In this document: in pieces, positions 37,633-51,389 of the stretch
Layout of the letters: each line of letters begins with the position of its first letter
How positions within the stretch are numbered: position 1 is the stretch's first letter
From: Mobula birostris
Taxonomy: Eukaryota
DNA length: 64,000 nucleotides
Assembly: GCF_030028105.1 (NCBI RefSeq)
Contig: NC_092397.1
Coordinates: 26,050,630-26,114,629, forward strand
Direction: 5' to 3'
Notes under the pieces: generated by a model
What the model was told of the DNA's origin: nothing
The model's database searches: none
Seen by the model: only the letters and a program-made list of their open reading frames with translations
Translations under genes and position numbers: made by a program

Positions 37633-39029
37633 TTCCTCGTCGGTTTCAAACACAATAATAAGCAGAAGCTGTTCGGAGCGCGGGTTAAATAGGCAGCGCC
37701 AAAGCGGTATGTTAATGAGGATGGGAATGCTGAGCATTTCCATTGGCTGTTTGGAGAAATGAATCACCAATCGGAACGCTGGGGGATGGGAAGCGGCGCC
37801 AATGGGCGGGGTTTACCGCTGTAGTTTAATGCGGGAGGAAGTACTGAAGGGCAGAGACAGGCCGGGCTGCGGGCTGAGATTGAAAAGGGAAAGGCAAATT
37901 TCAAAAGCAGAATTAAATAAAATCAGATGAAATATTGTAAAATTAAACACTAGGCCATTTAGTTCATGACATAGGGCTGCAGGAGAGTGAAGGAGAGATG
38001 TGGACATTTCAGTGTAAAGTTTAAATCGAGTTTATTTATGCACAGGTGAAAGGAACAAAGTCTTTGTAGCAGCATCACAGACATATTGCCTCAGAGACAC
38101 AACATTGACAAGAAACACTGAAATTAAATATGAATTATACCAAAATATTCAAAGAGATAGAAGACTATCAGAACAAAATCAAACTAACAAACAGATTATG
38201 CGGGCAGTGGGAGAATCATCCCTCTTGTGCTTCTTCATCTCGTCACTCTGGATTCAGTGTCACACAACGCTGCCACTTTGATCTGGTCCATGCCTTCATT
38301 AACCAGGTCCAACACTTGCCTTTATCGCATCTTCCTTCTCCTTACACTGGTCGTCGGGTTTGTGGGGGTGTGTACCCCCTTGGACTTTAGGATTAGGTTT
38401 GAGGGTAGGGCTGGTGGATGTATATGTGGGGCTGGAAGATATAATGCTGTGGAGTTTAGTATGGTGAGATAGGTGGGCCTGTGGTGGATAGGGTAGTGTA
38501 GTGGAGTCACTTTAATCTGGCCCATTCCCTTCATTAACGTGGCCTGACACCACTTGGCTTAATGAACCGGGTGTTGCAAAGGGACACATCATCAGTAATG
38601 CAACCTGGGGTCATTGGGTGTTTTGGGTCTTTAATCATGAGACATCCTCACCCAGGCGACCAAGCCAGGGTTAATCAGTCCGCTTGTGTTTATCCCATGG
38701 ATCAAGATAATGAGAGGCATGTAACTCTGCATGTTGTGGGTATTTTAAACCTTGTTACTTGGCTTTATTTTGACCATTTGGGGAGTAGAATGTTCTGAGG
38801 CCTAGTAATCAGGCTTTACCTCCAAGTAAGGTTCAACTTTCCTACTTTCAATTTAGAATTGTCTTTATTTTGCATCTGTATGCCTGGGATTGCATGGGTT
38901 AAATTAACAGTGTTCACTGCAGTACAAGTTAGTGATTAAGGTTGTGCAGATTGATCCATAATTCCAAAATGCAAACATCTCTGAAATCCAGAATTTTTTG
39001 TTTTGACATGACGTCACAAATGGAGAATT

Positions 39030-41270
39030 TTACTCAGGGTTATATGGCTTGTCTAATGAAGAGAGTTTTATGGCTCTGAGCCTCTATTCACTGGAACTTC
39101 GAAGAAAGAAGTCAAACCTATCAAATAGTGAAAGGGTTTGATTGAGTGGATGTGGAGAGGATTTTTCCTGTGGTGGGAGTGTCTAAAACCGGACCACACA
39201 AATTCAAAATAGAGGGGCATCCTTTTAGAATGGAAATAAGGAGGAATTTCTTCAGCCAGAGTGGTGAATCTGTGAATTTTTTTGCTACAGGCAGCTGTGG
39301 AGGCCAAATCACTGCGTAGAGGTAGAGATTGATAGATTCTTGATTGGTCAGGGCATGAAGGGATACAATGGAAGGCAGGAGACTGCCTCTCAGAGGAAAA
39401 ATTGATCAGTGATGATGAAATGCCAGAGAAGGCTCAACAGGCAAAATGGCCAAATTCTGCTCCTATATCTTATGGTCTTATGGACTCACTTAGTGACTAA
39501 ATCTCTCCCAGAGACTGTTGATCTCAGCTTTGACTCAACCCAGCAACTGAGGCTCCACATTACTTATATAAGGAATACTGAGATGCTTTGTTCTTTGATT
39601 AACGAAATATCTCATTTCCATCCTGAATGCTTGTCATCTCATTCTGAGCAACAGACACAAAATGCTGGAGGAAGTCAGCAGGCCAGGCAGCATCTATGGA
39701 AAAAAGAGTAACGAGCCAATGCTTCGGGCTGAGAACATTCACGCTGAGATCTGATGAAGGGTCTCGGCCCCAAGTGTCGACTGTTTACTCTTTTCCTTAG
39801 GGTCTGCCTGTCCTGCTGAGTTCCTCCAGCATCTTGTGTGTGTTGTGTTTGATTCCCAGCATCAGCAGATTATCTCGTGTTTGTGATTTATGCCTCATTC
39901 TGAGGGTATTTTCCTCAGTTGTGGAGTTCTCATTCAGCGGAAAGATTCTCCCTGCTGACTGCCTGTCACATCCTGAAAGAATCTAACAGATTTCCTTGTT
40001 TTCTCATGAACGGCAGGGAATACAGACCCAGCCCACTCACTCTCCTCTCATATAACCAACCTTCCATCCCCGGAACCAGCCCAGTCAGTGTGGAGAACAG
40101 TCACTGCACTCCCTCTATTGCAGGGATATCCTTCCTGAAGAAGTGTGACTAAACCTGGACACGATACTCAAGGTGTGCTCTCACCAGGGCCCCTATATAA
40201 TCCCAGTGAGACATCTGTACCCTCTTCTCCACTCCTCCTGGACCACAGGACAAAATACTGTTTGCCCCTCTCATTACTTGTTGTATCTGCATGTAAACTC
40301 AAGTGATTTGTTTACAAGGATGCCCAGGTCCCTCTGAACATCCCTGTGTGGAAATGACTCTTATAGTTTGTTCCTGAGGTTGGGTGATCTCACATTTCCC
40401 CACACTCATTTCCATCTGCCACATTCTCAACCATTCACTCTCCTGTCTACATCCCCCAAACCTTCTCACTACTGACACTGTCCCTCCTGCTCTGCCACAG
40501 CACAGATGTAGTCACTGAGTCATGCAGCACAGAAACAGGCCCTTCAGCCCAACACATCCATGCTGACCAAGTGGCCAAACAAAACCATTGTCAGTTGCCT
40601 GCATTTGGCCCATGTCCCTGTGAAACTTCCCTCTCCACAGTCCAAGAGATATTGCAACTGTGCTGACCTATACCACCACTTGGGGTAGTTTGGTCCATGT
40701 AAACAGCACATTCTGTGTATAAAACCTGATCCTCAGGGTCCCATTTAAATCTTTCCTCTCTCACTTTATATCTGCAATCTCTCGCTTCCAACTCTATAAC
40801 CCTGGAGATAACAGATTCACTATTGACTGTATCAATGACTGCCATTATTTTCTCACCTCTCTAATATCACATACACTCTGGTCCTGGCCTATCCAGCCTC
40901 CTGTTAAATCCCTTTTGCACCCTCTCCAGTTTAATGCACTCTCTGATCCCAGGGCAACTATAACTGTACTCCGTGCTCCGAGAGTAGTTTCTCCGAGGCT
41001 GGTAGAGCTGTAACGTGACGTCACAGTCCAGTGCCCAATACTCTGACCGATGAATGCGAGTGTGGCGAACTCCTTCTTCACCGTCCTGCTTACCTGTGTT
41101 TACACTCTGAAGGAATTCGATATCTGCACCCTGATATCTCTGTTTTACAGCACTCCCAGGGACAGACCATTCCCCACGGTAGTTCTGCCCTGATTCGTCA
41201 ATGACAATGGAACATCTCACACTTATCTGTCATTCCTCAAATCAGTGACCTCATTGATCACCGTCCTGTT
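39030..41270. mobile_element. Decayed CR1 3' fragments (both strands)
   Basis: RT C-terminal remnants at 39030-39480(+), 39920-40440(-) and 40520-41270(-). Confidence 0.6.
39655..39885. mobile_element. Palindromic Penelope-tail-derived element
   Basis: ACACAAAATGCTGGAGGAA...TTCCTCCAGCATCTTGTGT inverted arms around CTGATGAAGGGTCTCGGCCC (39751); similar copies at ~33535-33740 and ~41430-41560. Confidence 0.7.
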
Positions 41271-41606
41271 GTAATGTTAGTTACATTTTTCACACTCCAC
41301 CATATCACCAACTTTAGTGACATCGATAAATTTGCTGAGCCGGGCAGTGACGTTATCAGCCGAGTCTTTAATAAATGGACAACAGCAGCAGCCCTGACTC
41401 AGCTCCCGGGCTTTTCCTCGCAGCGATATACGCGCAGTGCTGGAGGCACTCAGCAGGCCAGGCAGCATCTATGAGAAACTGGAAACAGCCAACGTTTTAG
41501 GCCGAGACCCTCCATCAGCATCTGCAGAAATGTCTTGTGTTTACTCTTCCATCGATTCAAAGTTACTGGATAACATGACCCATCCTCCAATCCTCTGCCA
41601 CCACTC

Positions 41607-41812
41607 CTGCCCGAGAAACGCGCAGAGACACAGAGGCGGGGAGGGGAGGAGACAGAGTCAGAGTGACGGACAGAGCCGAGAGCGGCCTCTCATCGTCCAG
41701 GTCCGTCTTCACTTTAATACACCCGGCAATTTCCAACGGTTTGTCCGAAACACAGAGTTCCAGAGAGAGAGAAAAAACTCCCTCACACACCACGTACAGA
41801 AGGAGTTCTAGG
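41607..41812 (-). promoter_or_regulatory. Orphan H4 promoter copy, truncated just before the TATA box
   Basis: Aligns with ~1990-2183 and ~42690-42875; no TATA box or H4 CDS follows. Confidence 0.85.
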
Positions 41813-42254
41813 AATTTACTGGCGATTGGACTTCATCGGATCAGAATACAGTGTGATTGGCGCAGGATCAATTTCAAATTGCCCGCCAATTTCAGAGCAC
41901 CCAGCAACGGTGATGGAAGACTTTTTAAAAAATTATTTACCGTTAGTTTTATCACGTATTATACAATCTCAGTTTCATTTAATAAATTTAATATCTAATC
42001 CCCAGAGTTAAGATTTAAATGCATAATTACGGAATCGTTTCTCTAAACGAGTGAACTGATTTCTATCCGAGACGGATAAAAGGATGAAGATCGATCTTAA
42101 TGCGTTCAGAGGTTCTATCACGGACTGGAAAGGCAGATTCGCAGGAATATCTCAAGCCGAACCGATTAATCTGTTTCAAATGTAACTCAGCTGAATGTAT
42201 CGATACAAACAATTAAAAGTCTGTGGATACGGCTCCGTCTGTGAGGCGGTGGGT

Positions 42255-42270
42255 GGCTCTTAGAAGAGCC
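42255..42270 (-). terminator. Histone stem-loop (H4 copy 2)
   Basis: GGCTCTTCTAAGAGCC followed by ACCCA. Confidence 0.93.
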
Positions 42271-42303
42271 TTTGTTTTGTGCTCGGGAGGAAGTGGGAGA
42301 TTT

Positions 42304-42624
<321 letters not shown>

Positions 42625-42879
42625 TCACTCAGGTCGCTGCTCACTGACAAACTGCCTGCTGCTGTCTCCTTTTATACACAGCGCCCCGACCTGCCCGAGA
42701 AACGCGCAGAGAGACAGAGGCGGGGAGGGGAGGAGACAGAGTCAGAGTGACGGACAGAGCCGAGAGCGGCCTCTCATCGTCCAGCTCCGCCTTCACTTTA
42801 CCACAACCGCCAATTTCCAACGATTCATCCGACACAAAGCGCTTCAGCGAAAAACAAAACTCCCTCACACACAGTCTGA

Positions 42880-44900
42880 AAAGAACGAGAGCCAATGTGA
42901 GGCTAATAAACATGGTGGGACTGATGGGCTGAAATGAGTTTATTTCAACACTAGGAGTACTATGTTATCGGACGGACAGGGCTGGCAGCTCAACATTCCT
43001 GGGTTTCATTGTTTTACATGTGAATGGGGGGTTAAAAATGCAGAGGTTACCTCACTGGGAATGTCACAGCAAACTGGAAGGTTCATTTACAGAGGCAATC
43101 TGCAGTTACACTGTTGGGGTGTTTGTATTGGCCCCGCAACAACCAGTGGGGGGACATTATCTTCTCTAGAATTGACTGGAACTTGCTTAATTCTAAAATG
43201 CGCCAGATTTCTTCAGTGAATCTGAGTGTTTGAAACATTATGTACAGGGCCCAACCAGAGGTGAGAACAGTTGGGAATGAGCCAGGCCAGGTGACAGTTG
43301 AGAGTCAGTGAACATTTGGGAACAGTGATCACAAGTTTCTTTTTTCTTAGTTACAAGTAAAAATAAAAGTAGATCTTGTATGAAGGTACTAATTTGCAGG
43401 AGGACAAGTCAGGACGGAGGAAGACAGGAGCCAAAGGACATTGATTGGGAGCAGCCACTGTCAGAGAAGTCCACATCTGATGTGTGGGAGTTGTTTAAAG
43501 ACCAGCAACTCTGAGTTCAGGATCAGCATGTTCCGGTGAGGAGTGAGGAGAAGGATGGTAAGTAAGGGATCTTTAGACAAGCAGAGAGATCCTAAATTTA
43601 GTCAAAAGGTTATGGAAAGTTTGTAAAGCTAAAGTCAGACTGGGTACCTTTGGAATATAAAGGTAGCAGGGAAATGCTAAAGCAGGTGATAGGAAAGGCC
43701 AAAAGGGGCCACAAACTGTCCTTGTAATGTAGGACCAAAGATGATCCCAAGGCCTTGTGATTTGTATTAATAAGACGAGGATAACCAGAGAATAGAAATG
43801 TCGACTCAAGATTAAAGGAGGAATGATGTGGTTGAAGTCAGATCAAGTGGCTGCGGTACTGAATGAGTATGTTGTGTCAGTATTTACTGAAGTGAAGGAA
43901 TTGAATGGCAATGAAAACAGAATGAGGCATGCGAATGTGCAGAGACATTTTGAGATTAAGGAGCAGGTTGTGCTGGGACGTCTGAAAAGCAATAAGATGG
44001 CTAAGACTCCAGGGCCTGAAGGCAAATATCCTACAACAGTGAAAGAAACAAGTGAGCAGATTGCCGGTGATTTGACAAGGATCTATGTGTCCTCGATCAC
44101 AACATGTGAGGTCCCACAGGACTAGAGTGTCAGAAATATTGCAGCTTTGATCAAGAAGGGAAATAACAAGAATCCAGGAACCTATAGGCAAGGCAGCCTC
44201 ATTTCAGTGGTAGAGAAGCTACTGGGGAGGATATTGAGGCACAGGATTTATGCACATTTGGAAAGGCATGGCCTGCTTAGGGACAATCAACATGGTTTTG
44301 TGTGGGCAGATCACGCTTGATAAATTTGATTGAGGTTTCTCAGGAAGTGACACAGGCTAAGATATAGGAGCAGAATTCAACCATTTGGCCCGTCGTCTGC
44401 TCCGACATTTCATTGTGGCTGATCCATTTTTCCTTTCAGCCCCAGTCTCCTGCCTTTCCCCTGTATCCCTTCATACTCTGACCAATCAAGAATCTATCAA
44501 CCTCTGCCTTAAATATACATAAAGTCCTGGCTTAACAGCTCCCTGTGGCAATGAATTCCACAGATGAACCACTCTCTGGCTAAAGAAATTCCTCATCTCC
44601 ACATTCTACAAGGATGCTCCTCTATTCCGAGGCTGTGTCTTGATATTAGACACTCCCATCTTCTGCACATCCACTTTATCACTGCCTTTCACCATTCGAT
44701 AGGTTTCAATTGGGCCACCCCTCATTGTTCAAAAATTCCAGTGAATACAGGCCCAGAGCCATCAAACACTCTTCATACGACAAGATGTTTCATCCTGGAA
44801 TCAATCTGGAGAACCTCCTTTGAAACCCATCGAGTTTCAGCTCATCCTTCCTAAGATGAAGAGCCCAAAACTGCTCACAATACTCCAGTGAGACCTCCAC
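42880..44900. mobile_element. Decayed CR1 ORF2 (+, to ~44350) and CR1 3' end (-, 44360-44900)
   Basis: VLNEYVVSVFT and KTPGPEG (+); LEYCEQFWA (-). Confidence 0.65.
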
Positions 44901-45077
44901 AGTACTTAATAAAGTCTGATCATTATTATGATTGGCGCAGATATTGTGAGACGAAGGGCAGGTTGCCATCTGTTCCATATTGTGTACTGATGAATATGTT
45001 TGATCTGACAGTAATTGCAGGGACATGGTTACAGAGACTGGGACTTCGACATTCCACTATATTCAATGTTCCACACG

Positions 45078-46590
45078 GAATTGGCAAAATGTAAGTTATT
45101 AGGTTTTATTGTTTTGCAATGGATTTAATTTGGCTTTTTTGACACTGATCAACAGAAAAGACTATGGTGTCAAAGTGAAAACAGATCTAAATTAATTGTA
45201 AATATGAAACAAAATAATTCATTGCCTTAGTATTTACCTCCTTCAAATCCGTAATTAGTTGATGCACCTTTGGCAGTATTTACAGTTGAGTCTGTGTCGA
45301 TAGGTGTCTATCAGCTTTGCACATCTGAACACTGCAATTTTTCCACATTCTTCTTTACAAAACTGCAGAAGCTCTGTCAGAATGCATGGGTTAGTGAGCG
45401 AACACTTCTTTTCAAGTCCAGCCACAAATTCTCAATTGGATTGAGGTCTGAACTCTCACAAAGCCACTCCAGGACCTTAACTTTGTTGTTTTAAGGCATT
45501 CCTTTGCAGCTTTGGTTTTATGCTTGTGGTCATTGTCATGCTGGAAAATTAATTTTCTCCTAAGTCGCAGTTCTCTTGAAGACTGAATTTGGTTTTCCTC
45601 CAGGATTTCCCTGTATTTTGCTGCATTCATTTCACCCTCTACTTTTATGTGCCTTTCAGGGCCTGCTGCAGTGAAGCACACCCACAGGATGATGCAGCCT
45701 CCACCATACTTCACGGTAGGGATGGTGTGTTTTTGATGTTGTGCGGTGTTTGGCTTACTCCAAACTTAGTGTTTGTGATGGTCAAAAGGTTCAATTTTGT
45801 TTTCATCAGACCATAGAATCTTCTTCCAACTAACTTCAGAGTCCCCAACAATTCTGGGAAACTCCAGGCAAGATTTCATGAGAGCATTTTTCAACTCTGG
45901 CTTTTTCTCTGCCACTCTCCCGTAAAGCTGCGACTGGTGAAACACCCGGGCAACAGTTGATGTATGCACAATCTCTCCCACCACTGAAGCTTGTAACTCC
46001 TCTAGAGTTATCATAGGTCTCTTGGTGGCCTCCCCCACTGGCCCCTTCTTGCATGGCCATTCAGTTTTTGAGGATAGCCTGCTCTTGGTAGATTTACAGC
46101 TGTGCCATATTCTTCACACTTCTGGATGAGTGACTTAACTGTACTCCAAGGGCATTCAGTGACTTGGAAATGTTCTTGTATCCATCTCCTGGCTTGTGTT
46201 TGTCAATTACCTGTTTGCAGAGCAGCTCAGAGTGTTGATTTGTCTTCACGGTGTAGTTTCCCCAGGATACTGACTCACCAGCAGTTCAACCTTCTACTTA
46301 CAGGGGTACTATTACTACAATCAATTGAAACACCTTCACTGCACACGGTCATCTCCATTTAACTGATCATGTAACTTCAAAAACTAATTGGCTGCACCAG
46401 AGATGATTTGGTGTGTCATATTAAAGGGGGTGAATACTTAAACAGACAATTATTTTGTGTTTTTGATTTGTAATTAGTTGAGAGCATTTTGTAGAGATTT
46501 GTTTTCCCTTTGACACAAAAGATTCTTCTTCCATTGATTGGTTTCAAAAAAAGCCAAATTCAATCCACTGAGATTCAATGCTGTAAATTT
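45078..46590 (-). mobile_element. Tc1-family transposon, decayed
   Basis: KKILWSDENKIE, KYGGGCIILWVCF and FQHDNDHKH; long imperfect inverted repeats at ~45080-45245 / 46420-46590. Confidence 0.88.
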
Positions 46591-47199
46591 TCATAGGAAC
46601 TTTATATGTAGGGACAATGATGGTGAAAGGGGGAGGGAAAGACAACATTGGTAGGAGTGGCCTCAAGATCCTGAGGTGTGGTCAAAGGCATTCAAGGAAA
46701 TATTAAATCAAAGAACATACAAAGAGGCGCTGGTGGTGCACAAGAGAATCAGAGATTTTCTAGGAATCAGTGAAAAGCTAAAAGTAACAAGGAACACGCA
46801 GAGAAGTTAACTCAGTAATTTGCATTAGTGCTCACAGTGGGACACAGCAAACATCGCACAGATATCTAACGGTGACATTTCAACATTGTGCCATAATGTA
46901 TAACAATTGGCATCACAAGGGAGAAACTAATGGGGCTAAAAGCAAACATTACCAGGTCCCAACGACCTGCACTGGAGGGTTTCACAGGAAGTCTGTAGAG
47001 AAAGTAGAGACATTGAAGTCTGTCAAAACTCACTGTTACAGAAAGGTCCCAGTGGAGTTGAAAACCATTGCTGAAGAAGGGTGGAAGATAAAAAGCAGGT
47101 AACTGTAGTCCTGTTAACTTCACTTCAGGTACTGGAGTTGATAATCTATCAAGAAATAACAAATCATTTGGAAAAGTTTAATGTCTACAGTCAGGTTCA

Positions 47200-49640
47200 C
47201 ACAGATTCCACGATGACCAAAGTTCCCATCTGAGCTCGTGGTCTGTAACCCCCTCACCACCACATTATGAAGAAGGTTATCCTCCTCCTTGTCCCATTTC
47301 TCTGCATTTGGCCCAGATACTTCAAAACCTTTCCTTTCCATCTACCTGTCCAAGTGCCTTTTTAATGTACCTGACTCAACCACTCCCCCTAGCAGCTCTT
47401 TCCATTTCCAGCTTCCAGGTCTCTCATGATTTTATACACCTCTGCAATATCAGCACTCATTCTCCAACATTACAGGGAAAATTATCCGAAACACCTTTCC
47501 ACAAATCCTTTGAGATCCAGTAACATCCCCGTAAATCTCCCCTGTACTCTTTCCAGCTGAATGGTGTCTGTCATACAGCAGGGTCACAAAAACTAAACAC
47601 TATTTGCGAAATGTGGCCAAACCAACGTGTTGGACAACTGCAACATCTTATCCCAGTTTCTATATTCGGGGCCCTGAGTGAAGGCCAGTGTTCCAAAAGC
47701 CTCTTCACCACCCTGTCCATCTGGAACCTGGTCTTGGACCCTGTAACCTGGGCTGTTGAATGTTAAGTCATGTTTGACTAACATACCAGAGATTTGAGAC
47801 TTTACAGGGGAAGTTGGAGAAGTGGTGTTCTTGGATTTTCGGGAGCCATTTGCCAAGGTGCCACATGTAAGGCTGGTGCACAAGACCAGAGCTCAGTACT
47901 GGGAAGGAAGTGTGTTAATACTGACTGAAGACTGGTTACCATACTGAGACAGAATAACAGGTCTGTTTCAGACTGGGATGATATAACTAGTGGAGTGTCC
48001 CAGCGACCAGTTCTGGATTGTCAATGATTTATTATTGATATTAATGACCCGGAGGAGCGGCAGAGAGTGAGGAATCCACGGTGGCAATGACAGGGAATGT
48101 GGTGGGGGACATGTTGTGATTGGACATTTCATCTCTTCAATGGGACATGGGGAAGCTGGTGAGTAGAATACTTGGTAAATGGAGTTTAATGTGGTGAAGT
48201 GTGATGACATGTAGAATGGTAGGAGGAATCAAAAGTCAGACTATGATTTATGTGGAGATAAATTGTAAATGAGAGAAATAGAGAGGGGTCGAGGTGCTGA
48301 ACTACACAACAAAACAGAGACGGGAGCAGTGAGTGGTTCATAAAACCATATATGACCAAGGTTCAGAGGTGAATGGTTCATTGACATTTACTGACAGGGT
48401 GTTGGTGCAGAGAAACAGAGAAGTGTTGTTACTGTGACAGACAAGTGCACAATGATGGATTTTGGGAAGTTAAAGCAGGTCAGGACGTACCCAGTGAATG
48501 GAGGGTCCTGAGGAGTGTTGATGAAAGAGAAACCTGGGGCACAGGTAAGCAATTCCCTGCAAGTGCCAAGACAGGTAGACAAGGTGGTGAAGAAGGAGCA
48601 CGACATGCTTGTCTTCATCAGCAAAGGCTCTGAGAGGAGTTGGGACATCACATTACAGTTGTACAAATCAATAATGACACCACACCAGGAGTACCCTGTG
48701 CAGTTCTGGTCACATGAGAGGAAGGATGTGATTAAGCTGGAAAGGTGCAGAAACGATTCACAGGAATGTTACCTGGACTGGGGGCTTGAGTTACAAGGAA
48801 AGATCAGACTGACTGAGACTGTTTTCCCTGGAGTGAAGGAGACTGAGGGGAGACCTGACAGAAGATTATAAAACTATGAGAGATGTAGACAAGGTAAACA
48901 GGCAGGATCATTTTGCCAGGGTAGAAATATCAAATATGAGAAGGCGCAGCTTTAAAATGCCAGGGTGAGAATTTAAAGGTGGACGTTAGGACAGGTAAGA
49001 TTTCTAATTCCGTACAGAGAGTGGTGAGGGCCGGGTATGGGCTGCCATGGGGAGTGGTGGAAGCAGATATGATAATGACATTTAACAGGGTTTTAGACAA
49101 GCCCATGAATATTCAGAGAATTGAAGCACATGAATTATAAGCAGGCAGAAGAGGTTTGTTTCATTTGACATCATGTTCAGCACAGACATCATGGGAAGAA
49201 GGGTCTGTTCCTGTGCTGTACTGTTCTGTGTTCTCAGTGAGCCTCAGTGACAGGGGGAGTCTTTAGCCGGGGTCACAGACAGGTGTATCTGTGGTAAGGA
49301 GAGAGACTGCACAGTGGTGCATTACCTCCCTGGTACCAGGGTCGAGGATGGAAATGAACAAGTACAGGCCATTCTGAAAGGGCAGGGTGAGCAGCCAGAG
49401 GTAGTGGTCCATATTGGCACGAACAAAAGAGAAAAGTCCTGCAAGGAGAGCTTAGAGAGTTGGGGAAAAAGTTAAGTGGAAACTCTGTGGTCGGGGGGGG
49501 GGGGTGGAAATCCCAGTGCCACCTGCTAGCGAGGGAAGAAATACAAAGGTGGTACCGTTATATGTGTGGCTCACGAGCTGGTGCAGGATGGAGGGTTTTA
49601 GTTACATGGATCATTGGGCTCTCCTTCAGGACAGGTGATG
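47200..49640. mobile_element. Decayed CR1 fragments
   Basis: LQLYKSIMTPHQEYPVQFWS (+); ORF1 remnant at ~49250-49640; 3' fragment (-) at 47200-47700. Confidence 0.6.
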
Positions 49641-49754
49641 GGAAGAGTAAGAGGTCAGTAACTGGCAGTGATGGATGTGGATTAACACAGAAAGCAACTC
49701 CAAATGGATAAATTAGTGTCTCAGCAGCATTACAAGTGCACACATCTACAAATA

Positions 49755-50130
49755 TCAGAAGAGAAGCAAGAGAAAGAATAAAAAGTAAGTTACCTCCAAC
49801 AGTCTAACGTGGGGGGGGGGGGGGGGGTCATCACTTCCCCGGCTATAGGTTGACTCATTATTGACCCTGATGGCCCAGTGTAAGAATGACTTCATACAGC
49901 GCTCCTTGGAGCAGCAGAGTTGTCTTAGTCTGTTACAGAAGATGCTCCTCTGTTCAGCCAAGGTGGCATACAGAGGGTGAGAAACATTGTCCAGAATTGC
50001 CAGGATTTTCCGTAGGGTCCTTTCTGCTACCACGGCCTCCAGTGTGTCCAGTTTGACTCCTATAAGAGCCAGCCTTTCCAATCAGTTTATTGAGTCGGAT
50101 AGCATCACCCGTGTTGGTGCCATTGGCCCA
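49755..50130 (-). mobile_element. Rex1-like LINE 3' fragment
   Basis: ILAILDNVSHPLY...RLRQLCCSKERCMKSFL, similar to 62052-62384. Confidence 0.75.
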
Positions 50131-50709
50131 GTCCACACACTGATCATGCAGAATGTCACAAGGTCAAGGTCATCCCAGAGGCTAATCCAGTAAGACAATC
50201 TGGATAGAAATCAGGAATAGGAAAAGTGCAATCACTATGATAGGGTTATACTGTAGGCCTCCCAATAGCCAGTAAGAGACAGAAACAGATATGTTAGCAG
50301 GTTATGGGATGATGTAAAAATCAAGAGAGTAGATTTGGTGAGTGAATATCTCCTCAGAGTAACTGGGATTCTCTTACACCCTGAGGCTTGGATGGAGCAT
50401 TAAGGTTTCCTGAAACAATATGTCGTCCACCAGGGAGGGGGACATTCTTGACTTCACCTTGGGAAATATGGGACTCAGCGGAGTGGTGGCAGGAACAACC
50501 AGTGTTCAAAGAGGAATTAGACAGGTCCTTCAGGAGAAATGACCTGCAGTGCTGTGGGGACAGAGTGGGGAATGGGACTGTGGAAATGTTGTAGCAGGAG
50601 TTAGTATTAACTTGACGGGTCAAATAGTCTCGACGATCACAGAATGATTCTCTGCCCAATAATAGTCTGAAAAAATCATTCTGGTCGCCAGTGAATCTTC
50701 CAAGCTCCA

Positions 50710-50845
50710 GGATGGACAAGATCAATTGTGTAATAAGGACACACTTCTGTCGAAACACTGACACTGTATACCAAGCACACTGAGCTGCCAGAGCACAGCA
50801 CCGGCCAGTGAGGACACAGACCAGTACAACACCCGGCTCTCTACT
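50710..50845 (-). repeat. Conserved block shared with 12235-12360
   Basis: See 12235-12360. Confidence 0.85.
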
Positions 50846-51389
50846 ACAAAGTTCAAAGCTGAAAGTAAATGTATTATCAAAATACATTTCTGTCACCATA
50901 TGCAACCCTGAGATTAGTTTTCTTGTGGGCATACTGCTGGTTTGTTAGAGCGGTCGGGGAGGGTTTAAACTAATTTTGCAGGGGCGTGGGAACAGGCGTG
51001 AAAGGATGCAAGATAGGACAGATGGTAAAAAAGCAAAGATAGCATGCAGTCAGGAAGGGCAGGCAGATGATAGGACATAAATGCAGCCAGCAGGGTGAGT
51101 ATCAGTGCATGAGGGATGCAGAAACAATTATGGTAGCAAATACAGTACTCAAACTGTTATATCTCAATACCCAGAGTCTACTAAATAAGGTGGATAATCT
51201 TATTGCCCTGTTATGGATTGTCATGTTTAATGTTGTGACCATCACTGAATCACGGCTGAAGCATGTTTGTAGTTGGGAGCAAAATGCCCAAGGTTACACG
51301 TGTCAGAGGGACAGGAAGGTGGGCAATGGGGATGGCGTGGCTCTGCTGGTAAAGAATGGTAACAAATCGGTAGAAAGATGTGACAAAGG

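Noticed and set aside
37633-37770. 46-aa N-terminal extension of H2B copy 2
   Set aside because: Overlaps promoter elements; the canonical MPDPAK start is at 37632
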